From: Eledone cirrhosa
Lineage: Eukaryota
Assembly: GCA_964016885.1 (NCBI GenBank)
Contig: OZ024743.1
Coordinates: 307,954,001-308,018,000, forward strand
DNA: 64,000 nt
Reading direction: 5' to 3'
Part shown: positions 53,440 to 64,000 of the stretch, one piece after another
Position numbering within the stretch: the stretch's first letter is position 1
Layout: each line of letters starts with the position of its first letter
Made by a program: the position numbers and the translations under genes
The notes under the pieces: generated by a model
The model's database searches: none
Told to the model about the DNA's origin: nothing
Seen by the model: only the letters and a program-made list of their open reading frames with translations

Positions 53440-54262
53440 TCACTGGAACTAGCTGTTGAAATGGCAAGAGCCCAGCTGTCGGGGTCCTGACTCATTCATA
53501 TATAAAAAATGGCGACAAGGAAGGACGTTTGACCACGTCTTGACCAAACAAAATATAATATTTTCACCAAAAACTGCCTTTAAACACATGTCAGATGGAT
53601 TACAATATTCATTATTACAAATACTTTGACTGTTCCCTGACAACTAGTACCAGTTTCAACATAGAATTATTTTAACGAAGTACATTTGATTTGATTTGAT
53701 TTTCGCCAACAAACCACGTGTGGACATGGACGGGGGAAAGAAAAACAACAAATCATTACATCACTTAGGGTTCGCAGTAAGTACTTTACAAAATCTATAA
53801 ACAACAATATACACATAAATCTATATACAGATACATACCACATGCATATACACACAAGTGAAAAGAAACCACACTATTTCGTGTGAGACACTATACCGGC
53901 CAATCTAACGTACACTTGTAAAATATTTCTGAACATTGACTTCGCTTCTAACCCACATACACCTTTTAATTATATATATATATAATTATATATTCGTGTG
54001 CAGATCTTGTTGCATACACACACACATAATACATAGGAAAATAGAAACAGAAATACAAAAACAAAACATAAACAAACATTTATCTCGTTAACTTACGCAG
54101 CATATTTATTTGTTTACATGCGCAGACTCTTTTGTACGTACACACAACATTTAGAAAAACGGAAACAAACTACACAAAAAAACAAAACAAAAAACAGACA
54201 TTTTATTTCTATCGTAATCAAGTGCGCTAAACCTATATTGTTTACATTGTGTTTCTCTACGG

Positions 54263-55497
54263 ATGGGTAGAAATAACAAAATTGCCATGGTGATATCCAT
54301 GGATGAAGTATGCGACAAAAGTGGTCGATGTTCCAAAATAGAACATTGCCCAGAAAATCACATCTGCCACATTTGTACGGAACCTGAAAACTCGTTCCGT
54401 AATCGCTGGGTCGAATGTGGAACCTGTCTGCCTTCAATGCACCATAGGCTTCTGGAGGATCCCAGGCCAAAAAAGAGACATCATAATGCTATGATGGATG
54501 GAATCTGGGAGATGGTCCAGCTAAAATCCTGGTCCTTTCAGTGCCTGGCCTGTGTACCTACCTCCACCAATGTTATTGAAAAACAACAACAACAAAAAAA
54601 CCCCCGATGACTGTATCTTCCTCTACCATTGTTACTGAACAACGGCAAAAACCTATGACACTGGCTTCTGCTGCTATTCCTGTGGGAGAACATCAGAAAC
54701 AACAACAACCCATGTCTTCCGCTCCCAGTACATCTCGACACCAACAACCAGCGACTGTGTCTTCCCCTACCATTCCCGTGGAGGAACATCATCATCACCA
54801 CCACCACCACCACTACCGCCACCAACAACAACAACAGCAACAGCAACAACAACAACAACCGACCAGTACAGATTTTGCAGAATTGCAACTAATGATTTCT
54901 GCTTTAAGAAGGGAAGTAACAGGAATAAAGGCAAGCATTCGGGTAGGATCCCACAATGAGGGGCCTTATCGGAATGCCTTGCTAAAGAATCTCCCTGTAC
55001 CTCTTGCCGTATCTGGGCACACTGAGAAGACTGCGGAATCTGCTACCCATGAAGTAATTGCCATTGGGGTACCAGAGGACGAGGCTGATCTTCAGGCATT
55101 TGCTGCCAGCTCAGCCAAAGACCTAGGCTATGTTCCCCCAAAAGGTGCTCTCCGCCTTGGTCGACCTGGTCCAAAACCCAGACTCATCAGGCTGTCTTTT
55201 TCGGACCCCGCTGAGGCAATCTCATATCATCTGGCCTCTGCTAAAGCTGGGCGTGAACATCGGATTACCTTCCGAACACGCCCAGGCCTACCACCCCATG
55301 TACGTCCAAAGCTACGTGCTGCAGCTTCTTTGAATCGGAACTCAGCACAACAGGAAAGTTTTAGTCTGCGTGATGATGGGCAGATCTGGAGGTTTGTTAA
55401 GGCTGGTGAAACGTGGAAGAGAGATACCAGCTGGTCTGAGTATGCTCTACCCACAATAACTGGCAATGAAAAAACTGCAACAACTCTGGGAAACTAA
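54263..55497 (+). pseudogene. LINE ORF1 (PHD-finger-like N-terminus, polyH/polyQ tract), frameshifted at the A7C5 run near 54600
   Basis: CHIC..WVECGTC..H..FQCLAC, then IAIGVPE..RLGRPGPKPRLIRLSF, typical of CR1/L2 ORF1. Confidence 0.75.
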
Positions 55498-55499
55498 AC

Positions 55500-58286
55500 C
55501 AGAACAACCTGCCACCCTCTACACACCATCATAAACTGCAAGCAGGGTACAAATTGTTGTCCTTAAATGCTCGCAGTTTATGCAACAAGATACATCTGTT
55601 TGACTCCTACGTCAGGAGCATCGACCTTGACTTCATCACAGTCACGGAAACATGGGCACATTCCTTACACTGTGATGGGGTTTTCAGCATTACTGGGTAC
55701 AACCTTTTCCGCAAGGACCGCATTAATCGCCGTGGTGGTGGTGTGATGGTCTATGTTCGTTCAAACTTTTCGGTAATTCCTTGTGTTGATTTGAACGAAT
55801 CACAAGAAGAAGTTTTTTTTTGTGACATACGTATGACCATGTCAACACTTCTGCTTGGTGTTGTTTATCACCCCCCAAACTACCATCAGGACACACAGCT
55901 TTGCGATATCCTCAGAGTTGCTGCCAGGAAAACAGCCACTTATGTGTTTATTGCAGGTGACTTCAATCATCCTGAGATCGATTGGGAAACCTTTCGTTGG
56001 CCACAGTGGGCAAACGATTTCCTTGAACTAGTGCTGGACTCAAACTGGTCACATATAGTCACCTCTCCAACAAGAGGTGACAACACTTTGGACCTGATCT
56101 TCACCACTACTCCTGAAGTGGTTATCAGTTGTACTACTGATGAACCTTTAGGCGACTCTGATCATGCTATGATCATTGCCAATCTGGCTCTTGTGGGCAG
56201 CAACAAAAACCAGAGCCATCTGCAATCTGCTTTCTTTGATTGGAAGAGAGCAGATTGGAACTTGTACTGCACTGAGCTACAGCGCCCAAACTGGCATGAG
56301 ATGTATAACTCTGGAGATGTGAACACTATACTCCAGAGCATCCTGGACTCAATATGGATAGCGTGTGCAGCATCGGTGCCACTTAAGCAGAAAAAAAAAA
56401 CACCCCAAAAGTGCAATTTGGGAAACTTCAGCGGTCCGACTTGCCAGGAAAGAACGTCGGAACGCTGAAAGGGAATATAAACTGCATAAATCAGATGCCA
56501 ACAGAAAAAAGTGGAATAAATCTTCTAACCATCTCAAGCAAGTGACAAAGAAGGCAGTGCTTGAATTTGAACAGTGCATAGCAACCAATCCTGACAGTAA
56601 GGTGTTCTGGAAATATGTTCATTCAAAGAAGAGACCTCACTCTCCAGTTGGTCCTCTTCACAATCCCCACACAAGCCAGATCACTAACGATCCCAAAGAA
56701 TGCGCAGAACTCATTGCTGAGTGCTATGCAAGTATTTTTACTGTTGAAAACCAGAATGTACCATCTCCACCATCTCTAACATCAAATTCCATAAGAACTA
56801 TGGAATTTACACCTAAAATGTTGCGACATCACCTTAAGAATAAGCGCAACTATGCCTCCCCTGGTCTTGATGGTGTTACATACCTGCTTCTCAAACGTGG
56901 CGGGTATTTCCTTTTGCGCCAGCTTTCTTTCTTCTTTCAATACTGTCTCAACAATGGTGCTACTCCGGAGCAGTGGAAAACTGCCAGTGTCATTCCCCTG
57001 TTCAAAAAGGGCAACCGCATGTCACCTGTCAACTATCTAGTCTTACTAGCTGTATGGCCAAACTGATGGAATCCTGTGTCAGAGAAACACTTTGGAACTT
57101 CTGGAGCTCTCACAGCCTCATCTGGCCCTCGCAGTTTGGATTTATCACTAATTCCAGCTGCTGTGATCAGCTTATCGAGTTCCTTGAAGACATTACCCGG
57201 ATCACTGACAGCGGCTCATGGGTGGATGTTGTTTATCTTGACTTTGCTAAGGCTTTTAATTCTGTGCCACACAAAAGACTTATGGCAAAACTCTCTGCAA
57301 TGGGTGTGAGGGATGATCTTTTCGACTGGTTGAAATCCTTCATTCTCAGCCGAAAAGAGGTAGTCATGGTTCTAGGACAGCATTCTTCACCATATGAGAT
57401 GTCATCTGGTGTACCACAGGGATCTGTTCTTGGTCTCCTTTTGTTTGTGGCATATATTAATGACATAGATGCCAACTTACAGAATGCCACGGTACTGAAA
57501 TATGCAGATGACATCAAGCTGTACCTTGAAATCAAAAGGACTGATCCTGAAATCTACAACTCTTTCCTACAATCAGACCTGGACACAATGCAGCAATGGA
57601 TCACAGACTAGCAACTGAAGCTGGCTGTGGACAAGTGTACCACCATGCATTTTGGGAGGGAAAATCCAGCGTCCACATACTCCCTCCACAACACTGATAT
57701 CAAGAAGTCCTCTTGTGAACGTGACCTGGGCATTACTGTCAGCAGCAATTTTCATTGGACAAAGCATGTCTCTAAGATTGTCAAGAAGGCTGAGGGTGTC
57801 TTGGCATCACTCAGCAAGACCTTTGTTAGCCACTCTCCAGCCATCTATTTAAAACTGTATATAGCTATGGTCGACCACACTTGGAATTCGCACCATCAGT
57901 CTGGAACCCCCATCTTGCTCAGAACATTGACCTCCTGGAAACTGTTCAGAGACGTGCAACCAAGCGCATACCCTCCATCAGACACCTACCATACTCTGAA
58001 CGCCTTGCTTCCCTGGGCATTGGGAAGCTCCGACGTCTGGCAATGGACTTGGTAAACACCCACAAAGTTATTAATCATCTTGCCAACAACAACCCTGAGC
58101 ACCTTTTTGATCTCCATGTGTTTAACACACGTGGACATACCTACAAAATCAGAAAACAGCACAGCTCCCATGACTTTTGTAAACATTTTTTCATGGAACA
58201 AACTGCCTGCGTCAGTTGTTAGCTGCCGAAACACTGCATCCTTTAAAACACTCACGCTTCCCGAAATATGCCAAAACTACACCTGA
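55500..58286 (+). pseudogene. LINE ORF2 (APE endonuclease plus reverse transcriptase), CR1/L2 group, several frameshifts and a stop
   Basis: LNARSL, VTETW, GDFN, LDLIF, SDH (APE); QFGF, LDFAKAF, GVPQGSVLG, YADD (RT). Confidence 0.93.
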
Positions 58287-58428
58287 TATACCCCTTCCAT
58301 ACACATGCACACATGTGTATATCATGATTCATGCACTGTTCATTTTCCTGACGTTTGTACATTACCCTATGTACTATACATACACTTTTTGATGAGTTGT
58401 AGTGCACCTGAGCACTGTACACAATATT

Positions 58429-58472
<44 letters not shown>

Positions 58473-58764
58473 ACTTTTGTTGATTTAGTGTTAAAGAATA
58501 AAAGCTAATGATAAAATAAAAATGTATTTTAAAAACAAGGCTCCCGAGGATGCTGAGGATGCGTGGCCCTAAGCTATAGTTTATTTAGCTTAGAGGTAAG
58601 TCCAGCGCTGATCCTAACCCATGCAAGTATGAAAAAAATTATATAAAAAGTTACTGCTTCAGAATTATTGTTTTTATGTCATCTAACATATTAAATGGTG
58701 ACCTGAAGTTTAAAAAGGGGAACAATGTATTTATGTAGTCTAACATATTATATGGTGACCTGAC

Positions 58765-58978
58765 GGTGGTAGAGGTCTTGATGGTGATGGTGGTGCTGGT
58801 GGTGTTAGTGGTGGTGAAGGGGGATATGGTGGTAGTGGTAGTAGTAGTGGTGGTGGTAGTAGTAGCTGTAGTAGTGGTGGTAGTGGTAGTAGTAGTGGTG
58901 ATGGTAGTAGTAGCTGTAGTAGTGGTGGTGGTGGTAGTAGTGGTACTGGTTGTAGTAGTGGTGGTGGTAGTAGTAGTT
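58765..58978. repeat. (GTG/GTA)n trinucleotide tract
   Basis: Direct inspection. Confidence 0.9.
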
Positions 58979-59187
58979 TATCAAAACAGTAGAATTAAGT
59001 GTATGATGTTTTTTTTTTTACTGTAGCTTCAAATTTGATCTACAATGACAGATTACAGACTGACAATGTGTTTCTGGAAATTTCGTGGAGGTGGGCATGG
59101 GTGGAGTTGGAATGTCAGACAACTACAACTAGCCTTACTGAATTTACAATATTTATTTTTCAAACATACATACATACACACATACAT

Positions 59188-59246
<59 letters not shown>

Positions 59247-60053
59247 CATCCATCCATACATACATGTACACACATACATACATCCTTCCATCCATATATG
59301 CACACATATACACACATACATACATACATACATACATACATACATACATACATACATGATGGCTGCTCCCTCATTATCGAGTATGGCCATTGCACGATAT
59401 ACCATTATTAATAATTATTAATTAATTCTATTGTGCAATGCCTGTGCGTGAAGATATTTTTTAAAGTGAGGAAAGACTGTGCACTGAGCCAATCCCACTC
59501 TCTGAGCGACAGTAGCTATAACCCAAAAAGAAGAAAGGATCAACATCATCGGTAACTACTGAGCCGCAGGTTTTATATCGGAGTTATCCCAGTTTCCTGA
59601 GTTGCCTTCTCCTAGAAGAATGCCCTGACAAAGGCTAGGGGTCCTTCACTCCCAGTGGTTTAACCGTGCAATTGGGTGTCCAGCCCGACTATTTCTATGT
59701 CCCCGCGCATATACATACACATGCACCAATGTATATAAACATATACATATACATACATAAGTACATGTGTATATACATATTTACACACTTTTGGATTGCC
59801 GTTGACTCTTATGAGTTCTTCCACCCTTTGTCAGGTTTTGTTTTTTTTCCTGCAGGGTGTCCAAAATCAACCTCCTCATCAAGTAAACCTGGTGGGGTTG
59901 CTGATTTAGTCGCTGACGACCCGACCATGCGACAAGTTGTACTGGGTTACATGTTACCAGTAGCACTCAAGAGTGACCCGACATACATACATATATTCAT
60001 TCATTCATTCATTCATTCATTTATTCATTCATTTTCTTCATTGGTTGATCATC

Positions 60054-60374
60054 TTAACCATTTCTCTACCAAACTTTTCACTGCCTGTGATTTTCAAATA
60101 ATCAAGACTTTCAAGGAATTTAGTAATATAACTAACTTTCTTATCATCTATCTGGTGTTTGAAACATACTACAGGTTCTTACATAAAATTAAAATGGGGG
60201 GTTTCTAGATAAATATAAACATTTTTAGATGATGTTTGGAACATAACTTAACAATGGTTCTTAGTTAAAATTATGATGGAAGGTTGTTAGATAAATATAA
60301 ACAATTTAAAACAAACTGTTTTGTACTTTAGAATCAGGAACGGTTTTAGTCAGTTTAGTATCAAAAAAGGTTAA
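60054..60374. mobile_element. TTAA-flanked MITE-like element
   Basis: TTAACCATTT..AAAAAAGGTTAA termini. Internal GGAACATAACTT/TAGATAAATATAAAC motifs recur near 16120-16400, 24110-24355 and 32900-33080. Confidence 0.6.
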
Positions 60375-60734
60375 TTGAAAATCTTCTTCTCTCCCCTCCC
60401 CCTTCTCCACAGAAGGTCATGGAGGATTCCAAGAACACTTTCCAGCAGTGAGCCAACTGGTGTAATCATCTAACACACTTATAATGGAAAATAATCTTCC
60501 CAGAAAAAAATTACTAAGTACATTTACATTTGTAAAATTCCTATGAATTCAATATAGTGAAGAATTGTTTCGGAAAATACCAAAAGAATTGACATTTTCA
60601 TTGAGATTAAAAGGAATTGAACAACAATCACAGCAGGAAGAAAACAAGAAAACATTTTGGTATTTGAAGGGTTTAAAAATTATAAAGTCTACTTAGTTAG
60701 ATTAAATGAAATTGACAAGCTCGAGGCGTTCCAA

Positions 60735-61130
60735 ATGTGATGTCTTCATCAGATCCTTGGGGTTTCTCTACACGACAGAATCTCAAACAACAACATCCAA
60801 GAACAATGCCAGTAGCAGCCGACCATTGAAGACCAAATCTGGCAACGTAGGCTACAGTGGTTTGGCCATATCTGCAGGATGAGCACAAGAAGACTAGCAC
60901 ACCACCTTTTGTCATGACAGTGACCTATGCACTGGAGAAGACATGGGCAAAACAAATTGAGGAGGATCTGAAATTACAGCGCCTTGACCCTAACCATGCT
61001 AAGGACAGTTCCATGGATAGAAAAGCCTGGAAGAAGATCATCATCGGAGTCTATCATCCAGCAGCACCCACAGCAGTGTATTGGTTGAAAGGACAGCTTC
61101 TCCCAGTCACTTGCTAGGGATTGAAGAAGA
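60735..61130 (+). mobile_element. decayed RTE 3' fragment
   Basis: QIWQRRLQWFGHICRM..KTWAKQIEEDL; GAAGAAG end. Confidence 0.7.
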
Positions 61131-61531
61131 ATGAAATTGACATGTCAGAAAATAATGATTGAATTAATTCATTTGTGATATCAAGAGGATCAAAGGCAAA
61201 TGCTGTCTTCTAGTAAGTTTGTTGAATGGTGGGTGAAAGTGGCGAGTCTGGTCTGCTCTGAGTATGCGCCTGTAGACTGAAGAGTGGGAGAACTGAGAGA
61301 GGGCCATGGTCTTTTGTGTGGTTTTTGCCATGAGTGACCCTCGGAGGTTTCTGCTCTATTGGGGAATTTTTGTTGTTTGAATTTTTTAATTTGTTTTTAC
61401 ACATTTCTATTTTCTTGTTATAACCTTTTTACATGGCCAAAACCCACTTTGTATTGTCCTGTGCCATCTGTAATGTTTTTCTTTGTGTAAGTCCTTGTGA
61501 CCAATAAAGAAACCATTAAGAGGATCAATAG

Positions 61532-61830
61532 GCATAGAGTTACGGCCCTTTATGATCTGAGTTCAAATCCCGCTGGGGTTAACTTTGCCTTTCATCCTTA
61601 CGGAGTCGATAAAATAAAGTACCAGTAATACACAGGGGTAATTGCTGGCCTTGTGCCAAAAGTAGAAACAATTATTATTATTAGTAGTATTTGGCCTGCT
61701 GAGGTTATCCTTACCTTTCAACCTTACAGGGTTGATAAAATAAAGTACCAGTAACGTACTGGAATCGATGTAATTGACTTTTCCCTTCCTTTGAAATTGC
61801 TGGCCTTGTGCCAAATATAGAAACTATTAT
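61532..61830 (+). mobile_element. two tandem truncated family A SINEs
   Basis: Meta-like body occurs twice, each with an ATT tail. Confidence 0.82.
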
Positions 61831-62089
61831 TTATATTAGGATATAACACATTGATTTATGTTTGTTTGGTTTCTTCACCAAATTGTAGTCATGTTTATGG
61901 ATTCTATGTACCAACTCACATACACATATACACATAAAGAACTGAAACCACAAGGACCTCCAGAGGTCAACTGATGAGAAGGGACTGTCTGGTGTTTCAT
62001 CCATTTTCTGTTGTCTTCAACTATCTTTTTTTTTTTATTCATTTCATATGATCTTAGCCATGCAGGGCACTTTTTCAAATATATCATCA

Positions 62090-62433
62090 TTTATCATCAT
62101 CATCATTTCATTTTACGTCCACTTTTCCCTGCTTGCAAGGGTGGGACGGGAACTGATTCTGGCTTGATTTCTACAGCTGGATGCCCTTCCTAACACCAAC
62201 CTCATTTACAGTGAGTGCTGGGTGCTTTTTTGCCGTGGCACCTCCACGATCACTTTGCAGTGGAATGATATGGACCCCAGTCCCTATCATCTCATTTCTA
62301 CAGCTGAGTAAACTGGAGCAATGTGAAATAAAGTGTCTTGCTCAAGGAAACAACACATCACCCAGTCTGAGAATTGAACTCACAACCTTTCGATTGCAAG
62401 GCCAATGCTCTAACCACTAAGCCATGTGCCTCC
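62090..62433 (-). mobile_element. CORE-type SINE with RTE-derived tail
   Basis: Near-identical to 12858-13205. Confidence 0.87.
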
Positions 62434-62526
62434 ATTATATATATATATATCCATTATATATATATATATCCATTATATATCCATATATATATATATGTGT
62501 GTGCGTGTGTGTGTGTGTGTGTGTGA

Positions 62527-62845
62527 AGGTGCATGGCTTAGTGGTTAGGGTGTTGGGCTTGCAATTGAGAAGTTACGAGTTCGTGTCTCGGACCGGGTGA
62601 TGTGTTGTGTCCTTGAGCAAGACACTTTATTTCACGTTGCTCCAGTTCACTCAGCTGTAGAAATGAGTTGCAATGTCACTGATACCAAGCTGTATTGACC
62701 TTTGCCTTTCCCTTGGACAACATCGGTGACGTGAAGAGGGGAGGCTGGTATGCATGGGTGACTACTGGTCTTTCACAAACAAGCATTGCCTATGCTTCTG
62801 CCTCTAGGTGCAAAACCATCGTCATTATTGACCAATGGGGGGCCT
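62527..62845 (+). mobile_element. CORE-type SINE, non-RTE tail variant
   Basis: TGGCTTAGTGGTTAGGG head, CORE-like segment, tail as in 52845-53175. Confidence 0.85.
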
Positions 62846-63017
62846 CGATATATATATTACCCTGAACTTACTATCTTACATTTCTGACATATAGTGGTAG
62901 AGAGACAGACATAGATAGATAAAAGAGAGCTAAAGAGACAGACAAACAGAAAGATGGCTTAATGGATAGAAAAATAGATATAAAGCAACAGACACACACA
63001 TTTATTGATTGAATTAG

Positions 63018-63475
63018 TTTTATCATGACACCAGTACTATCACTTTACATAGTGTACTGGGTACATTTTATCATGGCACCAGTACTACTACTTTAAAGAG
63101 TGTACAGGGTGTATTTTATCATGGTACCATCACTACTGCTTTACAGAGTGGGCTTGGTACATTTTATCATGGCACCAGAACTACAACTTTACAGAGTGTA
63201 CAGGGTGTATTTTATCATGGCACCATCATTACTGCTTTACAGAGTGGACTAGGTATATTTTATCATGGCACCAATACTACCACTTCACAGAGTGTACAGG
63301 GTGTATTTTATCATGGACCAGCACTACCACTTTACAGAGTGGGCTGGGTACATTTTATCATGGCACTAGTACTACCACTTTACAGAGTGAGCTGGGTGCA
63401 TTTCATTGCAGCGCCATAATTGCCACTTTACAGAATGGTTTGGGTATATTTTATCATGGCACCAGCATTACCATT
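63018..63475. repeat. ~48-bp minisatellite of the RTE 3' UTR type
   Basis: TTTTATCATGGCACCAGTACTACCACTTTACAGAGTG..GGGT repeated about 9 times. Confidence 0.88.
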
Positions 63476-64000
63476 ATTGCATAATTTTATCTCTTCAACT
63501 TGGTTAGCATGATCTTTCCAATATTGACAAATAGCAGAGCAACAGAGCATGTGATTAAATACACATAGATACAGCTGTCTGCAATGCTACACACACTGTT
63601 ATATGTTATTAAATACACATATATACTGCTGTCTGCAATGCTGCACACACTCACTGTTACTACAACACAAATAGACAATAAACACTGAACTATGCTATAG
63701 CTGACTTAGTAACAAGAAACATTTTAACCCTTTTGGTTCCAACCCAGCCAAAACCGGCTTGGGTTCCATCTATGAAACAAAATCAACATTTTAAAGGGTT
63801 TTTATTTAAATTAAAAGTTTTCCAACACAATTTTAAATACAAACTATGTGTCAAGTTTCTAATTAGTACTAAATAATTAATATTTTTAGAAAAATTTCCT
63901 TTCTATCCTTTTTGGCACTGTCATTATATTTGCCTCTTACAAAATGTAGGGATATAGTGGGCACACCTATTCTAAAATGGGAGCTCACAGCATTGGTTTA

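Larger units (their letters stand above)
54263..58471 (+). mobile_element. near full-length CR1/L2-group LINE with (ATT)n tail; exact 5' end not determined
   Basis: ORF1 plus ORF2 plus 3' UTR shared with 31345-32003. Confidence 0.92.

Noticed and set aside
59027-59090. Plus-strand exon-like segment (T-tract-ACTGTAG ... GTGGGC; SNLIYNDRLQTDNVFLEISW)
   Set aside because: Isolated, with a moderate donor and no recognisable homology or partner exons. Cannot be excluded without RNA-seq.

Overview
AT-rich, repeat-saturated eukaryotic DNA, not prokaryotic. The SINE, RTE and microsatellite repertoire resembles coleoid cephalopod (octopus-like) intronic or intergenic DNA; this is an inference from remembered repeat families. 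No intact recognisable host gene is present, and almost all long ORFs in the track are artefacts of tandem repeats. Contents: a 7-kb 10-mer satellite with a 2222-bp higher-order duplication; a 6-kb composite satellite (22-bp constant unit plus variable (TA)n); about 22 Meta-domain-like tRNA SINEs; 4-5 CORE-type SINEs; many RTE-clade LINE fragments; a near full-length degenerate CR1/L2-group LINE (PHD ORF1, APE-RT ORF2); R4-like and CRE-like RLE fragments; an internally deleted Tc1/mariner with nested insertions; and TTAA-flanked MITEs. The most notable signals are (i) an intact-looking type I hammerhead ribozyme at 52436-52534, (ii) several fold-back elements in (TA)n tracts whose arms carry hammerhead core pieces (Penelope- or retrozyme-like), (iii) a satellite that trapped six SINEs at one motif, (iv) 48-bp minisatellites growing out of an RTE 3' UTR, and (v) a speculative chain of small minus-strand exons.
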